Shown in pieces: positions 17,302 to 25,210 of a stretch of DNA of 25,210 nucleotides; the first letter of the stretch is position 1; every line of letters begins with the position of its first letter. Origin of the DNA: a virus (taxonomy: Duplodnaviria; Caudoviricetes); the IMG/VR virus record IMGVR_UViG_3300039180_000041, positions 1 through 25,210 of that record. One strand, 5' to 3'. The notes below the pieces were generated by a model. The model saw only the letters and a program-made list of their open reading frames with translations. It was not told the origin of the DNA and searched no databases. Position numbers and translations under genes: made by a program.

Positions 17302-18105
17302 TCATGCTCCAAATAACTTTTGTATGTCTGCGGGATTATCAAGGCTGTACTTCGACTTGATATCTGTTTTTAATCTGCCTTGACAACGATATCCAGCACC
17401 CACAACACGGTACTCTTCGCCTTCGACCTTTCTCGCTTTACTTCCAGATGGTCCAAGTCTGAACTCAATATTCACAGAGCCTTTGTACTCGGGCACATCT
17501 AGTTTCAATGGGTTGCTACCTAGATAAAACAGTCCTGCTTTACCAATCTGAATGTAGTACACATTCTTTCTATTGTATGCTTTTGCGATAGTTCTCGCTG
17601 AATCAAAAGACTGAATAGTATTCATCTTCGCAAGATAGCCAGCTTTCTGTGCCGCTGACCACGCTTCTTTTGTTACTGATCCAAACGGAATAGTATATGG
17701 AATCTTTTTATGCAATGCTAGTGGCTCTTGCTTACGAACGAAGTTGACCCAATCCTTTAGTGCCTTGTCTTGTTTCTTAGCCGCTTCTATGAAGAAGGGA
17801 ATAGCATCTTCGTCTACAGCATCTGGCTTGACTAGCGTGTGCGTCTTGTTTAACGTATCAATGCGAATAGAAGTGCCACCCATTTGGGCGTTCTTGTCCA
17901 ACTTGATTTCGATATTAAATTCTTTACCGTTATATAATGCTTCGATATCACCTGCGCCTTGATTGCTGTATCCTGCACCTGGCTTACTTCCGACATCTAG
18001 TCCTTCAATGCCTGCAGACTTCATCGCATCGAACACTTTCTTTTCGTATGCCAGTCCCTTAGCGCCAACACTTTCGGTGATAAAACTTTTAAATCTGACA
18101 GTCAT
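17302..18105 (-). CDS. PD-(D/E)XK restriction-endonuclease-like protein with capsid-targeting N-terminus
   Basis: GLAYE...AGDI...NIEIKL catalytic pattern. Starts MTVRFKSFITE. Confidence 0.65.
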   Translation of the reverse strand: MTVRFKSFITESVGAKGLAYEKKVFDAMKSAGIEGLDVGSKPGAGYSNQGAGDIEALYNGKEFNIEIKLDKNAQMGGTSIRIDTLNKTHTLVKPDAVDEDAIPFFIEAAKKQDKALKDWVNFVRKQEPLALHKKIPYTIPFGSVTKEAWSAAQKAGYLAKMNTIQSFDSARTIAKAYNRKNVYYIQIGKAGLFYLGSNPLKLDVPEYKGSVNIEFRLGPSGSKARKVEGEEYRVVGAGYRCQGRLKTDIKSKYSLDNPADIQKLFGA

Positions 18106-19157
18106 TTCTTAACCTTAAATTTTGTATCGTTAGGATACTCTTGTGCCTTCGAGTTTCTGACCTCAATGACGTAATCTTCTATAGTGTTACTACACATTAT
18201 CGTGATCTGCTTAGACTTCTTACTGGGATATCTTACGGCAGTAACTTTTATGCCTTTAGCTAATTTATCCAACTTCTCTTTGCCTAACCAGAAAACTTTC
18301 CAACCATCTACTTTTCGTCTAACGTAGAAGTAGTTCATACCCCAAGCTCTTCTGAAGATAAACTCGACTTCTTTTGGATTCAGTTTCTTAACTGGTATTT
18401 TTTCTCTAATCTTATTTATATTACCACGCTCATCGAACCCAGACTGTACCAAGTTTAGATCCACTCCAAACGAGTTTAAGAATTCAGCACCCTTAGAATT
18501 GGGCTGTAAATTGCCATCTTTATCGAATAGTGATGCCGCACCAGAATACGAACTAAACGTATTGCCGTTGACATCTTTCAGCGAAACAAACCACTCGTTC
18601 TTATTGCTGTCTTGTAATACGATATCACCAATGATGGCACCTAGCTTTGCAATGGGAACGCCTTCTTTCTTAGTAGCACCAGTTCTCTGTTTAGCCGATA
18701 CTATCTCAGACTGAGCGAATGCTTCGTTAGATTCATTCATTTGACCTATGAGTCCAGACATCTCACTACTTTGACGTATTTTAAAGAAGTTGTCGAGATT
18801 GGTTACTGTACGTGTTTCGAACTTCTCACCAGCGTTTGCACCACGGGCAATGATTATATCATACATCTGACCATCAAACACAAAAGAAAAACTGGGAAAC
18901 TTAGAACTGTTTGGAGATACTTCGTTGTATCTGATCTGTGTAATGTTAGTATCAAGTCTCAACTTATTACCCAGATGGGCAATACAATCTTTACTCGTAT
19001 CTTTTTCTTTGTTTATGAGGTTTAACCTGTACTCTCGATAACGTTTATCGTTAGAGCCAGGTTTGCCTTTTGGAAACCGAGGGTTGAGTTGATAGTTCTT
19101 AAGCTTGACCATCTCGTTTATATTGTTGCCCAGTTTCTCGAATACTTCAGTACTCAT
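18102..19157 (-). CDS. putative PD-(D/E)XK-like nuclease (D...SLK variant)
   Basis: GEKFE...IGDIVL...FVSLKD pattern. First gene after the late promoter at 19189. Confidence 0.5.
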   Translation of the reverse strand: MSTEVFEKLGNNINEMVKLKNYQLNPRFPKGKPGSNDKRYREYRLNLINKEKDTSKDCIAHLGNKLRLDTNITQIRYNEVSPNSSKFPSFSFVFDGQMYDIIIARGANAGEKFETRTVTNLDNFFKIRQSSEMSGLIGQMNESNEAFAQSEIVSAKQRTGATKKEGVPIAKLGAIIGDIVLQDSNKNEWFVSLKDVNGNTFSSYSGAASLFDKDGNLQPNSKGAEFLNSFGVDLNLVQSGFDERGNINKIREKIPVKKLNPKEVEFIFRRAWGMNYFYVRRKVDGWKVFWLGKEKLDKLAKGIKVTAVRYPSKKSKQITIMCSNTIEDYVIEVRNSKAQEYPNDTKFKVKK

Positions 19158-19183
19158 CAGTAGATTCCACTTCTTCAGTATAT

Positions 19184-19372
19184 CTACGTATTTATATCTA
19201 GATTAGTGGCTCGTATCGATAAGACCTTTTGCTCTAACTCGTTAAGTTCCTTAAGTGACATTTCCTCGAATCTATCAGCGATCTGCCCCCACGGCTCTTT
19301 TGCGACCCAATGTTCCATTGACCTCAACTTACTTAAAGACTGGGCATCAGTCATAATTTTAGACTCTTTCAT
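19184..19372 (-). CDS. hypothetical protein
   Basis: 62-aa ORF coupled by an ATGA overlap to the upstream ORF. Confidence 0.55.
   Translation of the reverse strand: MKESKIMTDAQSLSKLRSMEHWVAKEPWGQIADRFEEMSLKELNELEQKVLSIRATNLDINT
19189..19196 (-). promoter_or_regulatory. T4-type late promoter TATAAATA
   Basis: Exact consensus ~30 nt upstream of the ORF starting at 19157, inside the end of the preceding ORF. Confidence 0.7.
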
Positions 19373-19614
19373 GCGTCATCCTTACTTACAAAATTATCCC
19401 ATCTATAGAAAGCCTTTCGGTCACTGCACCAATGCCATCCTGTATACTTCTGGTCTTCTTGACTCAACTCACTTTCGTAATACTTCCTTCCATCTTTACC
19501 AATCGTTAATTCCATTATGTTTCCTCGTAGTGTTTGTCTTTCTTTCTCTAGTCCGAACTGGCGTCTTCTGGAAGCTTGATCGATTCTACTTCCGATAGTG
19601 AAATTTCTCTGCAT
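19369..19614 (-). CDS. hypothetical protein
   Basis: ORF in the same-strand gene run. Start uncertain; an internal MELTIG start with a GAGG RBS is plausible. Confidence 0.5.
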   Translation of the reverse strand: MQRNFTIGSRIDQASRRRQFGLEKERQTLRGNIMELTIGKDGRKYYESELSQEDQKYTGWHWCSDRKAFYRWDNFVSKDDA

Positions 19615-19617
19615 GTC

Positions 19618-19812
19618 CTATGTAGCCCTCCTAAAAGTCTGATTAAATATCATTTCTACAAATACCGCTGGAGCACCAGACAGACGAACTGCGGTTCTCT
19701 TTACGTTCTCTTCGTCATATTTATCATAGGCGCATTCAAGTATTCTAGCTTCATGTAACGCCTCGGCTACTGCGAGTTCTAATATATTCTTTCCCATAGT
19801 GTGCTTCCTCAA
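19618..19812 (-). CDS. hypothetical protein
   Basis: ORF in the gene run. Likely start is MGKNILE, after a GAGG RBS. Confidence 0.45.
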   Translation of the reverse strand: MRKHTMGKNILELAVAEALHEARILECAYDKYDEENVKRTAVRLSGAPAVFVEMIFNQTFRRAT

Positions 19813-20086
19813 ATGATCTAATACCGTTGTATATTCCTCTCGGATACTCTCCAGAGAACTTTAACCGCCCACGTTCAATAGCGATCTTATGCTTATGATT
19901 ATGCACCATTTTGTCCCAGTTGTCAAGTACTTTCTTTGATAATTTATCGAAATACGAATCTGTTATGATAGGACAATCTGATTCGTGATATGAGTACAAT
20001 GCCATGATGTATAACGGCACTGCCATGTTGATGTCACTGTCTACAATGTGTATAAATTCAATGTCCAATAGGTATTCTCCTCTCAA
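19751..20086 (-). CDS. stand-alone protein resembling domain Ia of NAD-dependent DNA ligase
   Basis: YSYHESDCPIITDSYFDKL resembles the LigA Ia motif YY..D.P.ISD.EYD.L. Confidence 0.55.
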   Translation of the reverse strand: MRGEYLLDIEFIHIVDSDINMAVPLYIMALYSYHESDCPIITDSYFDKLSKKVLDNWDKMVHNHKHKIAIERGRLKFSGEYPRGIYNGIRSFEEAHYGKEYIRTRSSRGVT

Positions 20087-20492
20087 ACATAAACTCCTTT
20101 ACCATTTCCTTTTCTAAAGCGTATGCTTCGACTTCCCATGGTTGATTATCATATTCTTCGTAGATGGGTATGCCGAACCAAGTAGAAGGACTTCTTCCTT
20201 CACCAGATACAAGTCTTCCGTCGATGTATTGTTTAACATGAACTAACTCGTGAAACAGGGTCGCTGTCATCTGTTCTATGCTGGTGTTCCTATTTATCTC
20301 TATAGAGTATTCTAACTCTTTCTTATCCATATCCATACAGAATCCAAAGTGTAATTCGGACTCTTGAGAGAGGTATTCTATATTGACGTAGGTGTTGTAT
20401 GGCAGGTCCAAATAGTCCTGAGCAAAGGTCAGAGTTTCCTCTAACAATTTCTTTGACAATTTTCTTGGTTTTCTATACGTTGAGTATAACAT
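20058..20492 (-). CDS. putative zincin metallopeptidase
   Basis: TLFHELVHVKQY (HExxH) and downstream PWEVEAY. Confidence 0.8.
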   Translation of the reverse strand: MLYSTYRKPRKLSKKLLEETLTFAQDYLDLPYNTYVNIEYLSQESELHFGFCMDMDKKELEYSIEINRNTSIEQMTATLFHELVHVKQYIDGRLVSGEGRSPSTWFGIPIYEEYDNQPWEVEAYALEKEMVKEFMFERRIPIGH

Positions 20493-20517
20493 TTCTCACT
20501 TTCGGGTTTTATAATTG

Positions 20518-20525
20518 TATAAATA
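20518..20525 (+). promoter_or_regulatory. T4-type late promoter TATAAATA (plus strand)
   Basis: Exact consensus, pointing into a 170-nt gap with no substantial ORF. Confidence 0.65.
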
Positions 20526-20530
20526 GCAGT

Positions 20531-20693
20531 ATGGGTGCGTGTTAATGTTTTTAATTAAACAAGAGGCAAGTGTGATCGTTTATAAACAACTCACAGAAGG
20601 AATAACTGGTGTAGCATCAAGTATGCAGGTGGGGTTCCTACCAGTCACGCAAACTATTTAAAAAAGACAGTCTTCACAGATTGTCTTTTTTTT
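20531..20693 (+). ncRNA. candidate structured small RNA
   Basis: Bounded by a late promoter and a terminator. Complementary segments: TGCGTG/CACGCA, TGTGA/TCACA, ACTGGT/ACCAGT, AGGAAT/GTTCCT. Confidence 0.5.
20660..20693. terminator. bidirectional intrinsic terminator
   Basis: AAAAAAGACAGTC-loop-GATTGTCTTTTTTTT, immediately after the iscU stop. Confidence 0.8.
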
Positions 20694-20696
20694 CGT

Positions 20697-21074
20697 CTAT
20701 AAACCCTTGTCCTTGTAGTCCTTAATCGCAGACTTAATAGCATCTTCAGCTAACACACTACAATGTATCTTAACAGGTGGCAAAGCAAGCTCTTCGGCTA
20801 GTTGAGTGTTCTTAACTAAGTTCGCATCAGAGAGATTCATACCTTTGACCCATTCAGTAAGAAGACTGGAAGATGCAATAGCACTCCCACAGCCATAAGT
20901 CTTGAACTTCGCATCAGTAATAATATCATTCTCTACTTTAATCTGAAGTCGCATAACGTCTCCACATGCTGGTGCTCCTACCATGCCAGTACCTACAGTT
21001 GGGTCATTTGGATCCATTGTCCCGACATTTCTAGGGTTCTCATAATGATCTAATACTTGTTTACTGTATGCCAT
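20697..21074 (-). CDS. iscU: Fe-S cluster assembly scaffold IscU
   Basis: DHYENPRNVG, GAPACGD, FKTYGCGSAIASSS and LPPVKIHC; all three Cys and the HscA-binding LPPVK are present. Confidence 0.96.
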   Translation of the reverse strand: MAYSKQVLDHYENPRNVGTMDPNDPTVGTGMVGAPACGDVMRLQIKVENDIITDAKFKTYGCGSAIASSSLLTEWVKGMNLSDANLVKNTQLAEELALPPVKIHCSVLAEDAIKSAIKDYKDKGL

Positions 21075-21086
21075 AAGGCACCTCTA

Positions 21087-21407
21087 TTAAACGTAGAAAG
21101 ATTCTCCGCAGCCACATTCGCCTGTAACGTTAGGGTTCACAAATTTGAAACCCGCATTCAGACCCTCTTTTACCCAGACCAACTCTGATCCAGCTAAATA
21201 TGTCTTACTCTTTTCATCAATCACTAGTGTTACACCTCGATCATGTATAACAGTATCATGTCTATCCATATTGTACGAGTACTCTAGCACATAAGCTAAA
21301 CCACTACAACCAACTGTACGAATTCCAACTCGAATGCCTTCGCAATCGGGTTTGGCTGCCAGTCGATCTAGTAATGGCTCATATGCCGACTCGCCTATAG
21401 TAATCAT
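21087..21407 (-). CDS. iscA: A-type Fe-S carrier IscA
   Basis: GCSGLAY...FVNPN...CGCGESF. Confidence 0.94.
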   Translation of the reverse strand: MITIGESAYEPLLDRLAAKPDCEGIRVGIRTVGCSGLAYVLEYSYNMDRHDTVIHDRGVTLVIDEKSKTYLAGSELVWVKEGLNAGFKFVNPNVTGECGCGESFYV

Positions 21408-21619
21408 CTTACTAGAGCCAGCGCCATACCCATTTCCATACTTGTATCACGAGTCTCTGCAAAGAACGATGGAGTGTTACCATCAAATCCTGAGCCTTCG
21501 TTCAACAGTTTAGCCATCTTTGCGGCAAGTTCAGCAGTACCAGTATAGTACACCGATAGACCACTAGGCTTCTCAAGTACACAATACTCAACAGGCTTAT
21601 CTGTTACAGAATAACTCAT
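21404..21619 (-). CDS. hypothetical protein
   Basis: Coupled ORF with an LNEGSGFDGNTPSFF motif. Confidence 0.65.
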   Translation of the reverse strand: MSYSVTDKPVEYCVLEKPSGLSVYYTGTAELAAKMAKLLNEGSGFDGNTPSFFAETRDTSMEMGMALALVR

Positions 21620-21882
21620 TTACGCATCTCCTCAATCTGCTTTGCTAATCTATCTATATCTTCACGTAACTCATCGATCTGAGAGGCTACGTTTGGATAT
21701 TTTCTTTTCCAGGCAATACCTTCTTTATCAAGGATATCAATTCCATATCTCTTAGTTGCCCAATCAGCAATAGAGTCGAATTGATTATAACACCAAACCC
21801 CTGCACGTGTGTCTTTAAACCATGCCGTTGATGCCGCTCCTAATAAAGCTCCTGCAATGTTACTCACTATCCACAACCACAT
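21616..21882 (-). CDS. hypothetical protein with N-terminal hydrophobic segment and C-terminal coiled coil
   Basis: MWLWIVSNIAGALLGAAS N-terminus; RBS AAGGAG. Confidence 0.65.
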   Translation of the reverse strand: MWLWIVSNIAGALLGAASTAWFKDTRAGVWCYNQFDSIADWATKRYGIDILDKEGIAWKRKYPNVASQIDELREDIDRLAKQIEEMRK

Positions 21883-21892
21883 ATTGTTCTCC

Positions 21893-23329
21893 TTATTTTA
21901 GTCCGCCAAAGTCCGGCTTACTCTTGGGTTTATTGTTACGATACGATAGAACATTATTACTGTTACCATCATTTCGCTCTGCTTTCATTCTCTCTCCAAA
22001 AGCGCCCTTATCTGCAACAGGACCATCATTAACTAGACCTTGTTGAGCAGACTCTTCAGCATCATATAGCTTCATCTTAGATCGATCTACACCGATCACA
22101 AATCGCTTAAGTGTGTTTGTGTCACCCCAACGATTTTTCAACTGCTTTACCATCAACTGCCCTAGACCCTCAAGTTCTTCTGTAGATATCAGACCGAACA
22201 TAAAGTCAGCAGTAGCTGGTAGACCGAACGACTCAGACGTATCTTCGAGGTTCAAATCAGAACTACTATAACCTGTACGAGTTGTCTGCGTAGCACTAAG
22301 AATAGGCACGTTAAACTCTACAGCTAGTCCACGAAGTTCTTCAGCAATAGCTTTGATCAACGTATAAGAGTTGACATTACCACCGGCTTTCATTCTAGCA
22401 CTTGTACATATATTTAGATAATCAATGTATATGATATCTGGCATAAAGTTCTTCTTTAGTTTCAACTCATTCAAGAGGTGTCTAAAGTGTGAAGAACCCG
22501 CACTAGCAGTAGGATACTCTTTAACAATCAACTTACCGGTAGTCTTAGCTTTCACTCTATTGATACGCTTCATGAACACATCTTTAGGCATATCTTGTAG
22601 ACTGTCCATAGTAGTATTCATCAAGTTAGCATCGATACGCTCAGAGATTTTCTCTTCAGCCATTTCCATAGTAATATATAGTACATTCTTACCGTCCATC
22701 AGATTGGCTGCCGCACAGTGCGTCATGAATAGTGTCTTACCAACACCAGTACCAGCTAGACAGATACTAAGAGACTTTCTAGATAAACCACCCTTAGTAA
22801 TCTTGTTGAAGAGATCGAGGTCGAAACCAACCTTGTCTTCTTTACTATGATAGAACTCATATCGGCCTTCAGTGTCTTCTAGAAAATCGTGACCAATTGC
22901 TTGATCAAAAGAAACACCAAGAGCAGTAGACAAAAGATCAGGAATTGACCCCTTGTCTAGCTCCTGATGAGCACCGTCCAGTACGAGAATAGCTTCACGA
23001 ACTGCATTGAAGACTGCCTTATCTTGGCAGAACTTCTCAGTCTTATCTACGATCCAGTCAATATCAGTTTTGTCATCATACTCTAAAGCATTAATAGTTT
23101 CTACGATGTTCTTATATTGATCATCGCTGATATTGTCCTTCTCTTCGATAGAAATACGCAGGGCTTCCCGAGTGGGAATCCCATTGTAATCAGAGATATA
23201 CTTGACGATAGATTTGAATATTGTTTTGTCAGTAAAGTCACCGAAGTAATCTTCACTTAGAAACGGTACAACTCTTCGCATGTAATCTTCATTATGTAAT
23301 AAGCCCGCAAGGACGGTGTTTTCAATCAT
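21893..23329 (-). CDS. T4-like replicative helicase gp41 (DnaB family)
   Basis: Walker A AGTGVGKT, YITMEMAEE, IYIDYLNI, SATQTTR, SESFGLPATAD and QLKNRW. Confidence 0.97.
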   Translation of the reverse strand: MIENTVLAGLLHNEDYMRRVVPFLSEDYFGDFTDKTIFKSIVKYISDYNGIPTREALRISIEEKDNISDDQYKNIVETINALEYDDKTDIDWIVDKTEKFCQDKAVFNAVREAILVLDGAHQELDKGSIPDLLSTALGVSFDQAIGHDFLEDTEGRYEFYHSKEDKVGFDLDLFNKITKGGLSRKSLSICLAGTGVGKTLFMTHCAAANLMDGKNVLYITMEMAEEKISERIDANLMNTTMDSLQDMPKDVFMKRINRVKAKTTGKLIVKEYPTASAGSSHFRHLLNELKLKKNFMPDIIYIDYLNICTSARMKAGGNVNSYTLIKAIAEELRGLAVEFNVPILSATQTTRTGYSSSDLNLEDTSESFGLPATADFMFGLISTEELEGLGQLMVKQLKNRWGDTNTLKRFVIGVDRSKMKLYDAEESAQQGLVNDGPVADKGAFGERMKAERNDGNSNNVLSYRNNKPKSKPDFGGLK

Positions 23330-24398
23330 CTACTAAGACCTCCTCGATCTTAACATTAGTTTGGTCGTCTAACATAGGACCATTCGCCATAGTATAACTG
23401 TTCTTAATATAAGTAGCAAAGTCAGTCTTCTCAAACATCATTAACCAAAACTCATTGTTATCATGTATCTCTTTAGCCCTCATCTTAGAAGGCATCAAAA
23501 CTTCACCAGTAGCTGGATTAACAGCTTCGTACCAACCAACATTTGGCTTGACTAGATAACCACCAGCCTCTGCAACATCCATCAGCCCAGACCACTTAGA
23601 GATACCGCCTTCAAACGTAACAGTAACAGGGATCTTAGACTTCTCACGAACATAACGAGACTTCTCGATATTGATGATAAAGTGGTAGCCCTTAATCTCA
23701 GTGCCAACCTTCTCTTGTTGACGACCAATAATCCAAATAGAATCAGCAGAATAGTAAGCACCAGTACCGCCAGACACAACATCTTTAGGATACAAGCCAA
23801 TCTCTTTGTACGTGTGATTTACTGCCACAAGTGGAATATCTTTCAAATTCAAATGCGGTGTGATCATACGGAACAAAGACTTCATCTGCTTTGCACGTGA
23901 CATATCTGCAACAGACTTACCATCCATAGCGTCATCAACTTCTTTCTTAGAAGCAAGGTTACCAATAGAATCGATAACGATACAAACTTTATCGTCTTTG
24001 GTTATGCCCTCTAACTGCTTCATAATATCAAACTTTAACTCTTCGACATTCGTAATAGGTGTGTGGATAACTTGATCCATGTTTACACCAAACGATTCGA
24101 AGTAAGCTTGAGGTGTACCAAACTCAGAATCATAAAATAAGATTACGGCATCTTTGTTCTTCTTCTGATATGCGGCTGCCATAAGCAACGCAAATGCGGA
24201 TTTAAAGTGCTTTGATGGACCTGCAAGCATAAGCAAGCCAGGTGTCAAACCACCGTCTACACGACCAGACAATGCTACGTTTACCATAGGCACAGGTGTC
24301 GGTGACATTTCTTTCTTACCATAGACTTTAGAATCCATGATAGATGCTGTTAATTTAACTGTCGAATTTCTCGCCAGCTTCTCCATTAATGATGACAT
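23322..24398 (-). CDS. uvsX: RecA-like recombinase UvsX
   Basis: AGPSKHFKS P-loop, YDSEFG, DSIGNLASKKE and SGGTG. Confidence 0.97.
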   Translation of the reverse strand: MSSLMEKLARNSTVKLTASIMDSKVYGKKEMSPTPVPMVNVALSGRVDGGLTPGLLMLAGPSKHFKSAFALLMAAAYQKKNKDAVILFYDSEFGTPQAYFESFGVNMDQVIHTPITNVEELKFDIMKQLEGITKDDKVCIVIDSIGNLASKKEVDDAMDGKSVADMSRAKQMKSLFRMITPHLNLKDIPLVAVNHTYKEIGLYPKDVVSGGTGAYYSADSIWIIGRQQEKVGTEIKGYHFIINIEKSRYVREKSKIPVTVTFEGGISKWSGLMDVAEAGGYLVKPNVGWYEAVNPATGEVLMPSKMRAKEIHDNNEFWLMMFEKTDFATYIKNSYTMANGPMLDDQTNVKIEEVLVDD

Positions 24399-24432
24399 AA
24401 TTTACTCCTCTATTATATATTTTCGTCTGACT

Positions 24433-24461
24433 AGTATAACATCAATCGTTATAAATGTCAA
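24433..24461 (-). promoter_or_regulatory. sigma70-type promoter for the uvsX-gp41 operon
   Basis: TTGACA(24461-24456)-17 nt-TATACT(24438-24433) with a TGn extension. Confidence 0.78.
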
Positions 24462-24705
24462 ACAATTTCTTTTCAAATTGTTCAATTTTATCTGTGCGGT
24501 TTGGCCAGAGGATGTACTCTTTCTCTGGATTTGCCTTAAGGTTGTTGAGCAGTGGCGTGATTGCATTGTAAAGTCTATCAAGCTTACCCTGTGCATCCTC
24601 TGCTGTGTGATTCAGATCAGTTAGATCCGAGTGTGCTTTTTGAACTACTTCCAGTTCTGTTTCATCAACGGCAGTAAAACCGAAGTCAAATATATCGTCT
24701 GTCAT
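24442..24705 (-). CDS. conserved phage hypothetical protein
   Basis: DFGFTAVDE...LLNNLKANPEKEYILWPNR; coupled to the gp43 stop. Confidence 0.7.
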   Translation of the reverse strand: MTDDIFDFGFTAVDETELEVVQKAHSDLTDLNHTAEDAQGKLDRLYNAITPLLNNLKANPEKEYILWPNRTDKIEQFEKKLFDIYND

Positions 24706-25210
24706 GAGAAAAAACCCTCCAATGAGTTTATGTATTCTAGTTCCCAGTTGATGGCATCTGATACCAACTTCAAGGGTTCTTTGAACGTCTTGTTAAATTG
24801 CGTTTCATAATCTACATATTGATGCAGTCCGAACTCTTCTGGTAGGAACTGTGCAAATGATATAACATTCTCCATAATTGGATTAGGCATTTTCATGTAA
24901 CAGAACTTCACTTTAGTACCATTCTTGATCTCTTCAGTATTCAACTTCGCTTTCTTTAGTTGCTCATTATATAGTAATGCGCCACGAACATGAATTGGTG
25001 TGCCACTTTTATAAGTAATGTGCTTATCTTTCCACTTAGCAATGTCGCTCACGCCACGAGGAAACGAAACGTCTTCTGGTGGTAAAGTCTTAAACTCTTC
25101 GAAGAACTCTGCTACGAACTTCTGTAGTTCTGCTTCAGTAGAGTTCAACATCAACTTGTATGCCTTAACAAACTTGTCACGTACAACTTGAGGCGTAGAC
25201 GACTTAACAG
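24702..25210 (-). CDS. family B DNA polymerase gp43, C-terminal part (runs off window)
   Basis: The frame stays open to the window edge: VKSSTPQVVR...FPRGV...GTPIHVRGALLYN...SLEGFFS, ending in a clamp-binding-type tail. Confidence 0.95.
   Translation of the reverse strand, partial: VKSSTPQVVRDKFVKAYKLMLNSTEAELQKFVAEFFEEFKTLPPEDVSFPRGVSDIAKWKDKHITYKSGTPIHVRGALLYNEQLKKAKLNTEEIKNGTKVKFCYMKMPNPIMENVISFAQFLPEEFGLHQYVDYETQFNKTFKEPLKLVSDAINWELEYINSLEGFFS

Noticed and set aside
17301-17342. Track start (17342) for the 424-aa ORF
   Set aside because: It overlaps the upstream gene. ATG at 17300 has a GGAG RBS and gives the leader MIRLSSFLTE.
20561-20640. Resemblance of the candidate ncRNA to glycine, c-di-GMP-I or glutamine riboswitches, or to RNase P motifs
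   Set aside because: Only short fragments match (GGCAA, CAGAAGGA, CAGGT, GGGGTT). The full consensus is not met, and there is no downstream gene on that strand to regulate.
195-24624. All plus-strand ORFs in the track, and the short alternative-frame minus ORFs nested in larger genes
   Set aside because: They are antisense or out-of-frame shadows of well-supported minus-strand genes, with no recognisable motifs.
1-25210. CRISPR array, tRNA genes, IS elements, diversity-generating retroelement
   Set aside because: By eye I saw no repeat-spacer array, cloverleaf, transposase or reverse transcriptase. The repeats found are in-frame peptide repeats.

Overview
A 25-kb segment of a T4-like tailed phage genome; all credible protein-coding genes are on the minus strand. 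Both flanks hold the replication and nucleotide-metabolism core. The right end carries the gp43 polymerase C-terminus, uvsX, gp41 helicase and an inserted iscA-iscU pair. The left end carries gp61 primase, thyX, nrdA and the start of nrdB. These genes sit behind TTGACA-type sigma70 promoters. The centre (~5.5-19.2 kb) is a late-expressed block with repeated TATAAATA promoters. It contains a Hoc-like Ig-domain virion protein, a GH19 endolysin and a set of probable internal head (injected) proteins. Five of these begin with a T4-type capsid-targeting sequence (MKxFxx[FY]IxE-like). Two long ORFs (500 aa and 851 aa) look like polyproteins of small modules separated by Glu-rich prohead-protease-type sites (EEVELDE etc.). 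The putative cargo includes a ParB/Srx-fold protein, a HIGH-type nucleotidyltransferase, a PD-(D/E)XK nuclease and a KxDG ligase-like enzyme. A structured non-coding transcript on the + strand, with its own late promoter and terminator, lies at ~20.53-20.69 kb. Small DUF1127-type genes hint at an alphaproteobacterial (Rhodobacteraceae-like) host. All family assignments come from motif recognition by eye, not from database searches.
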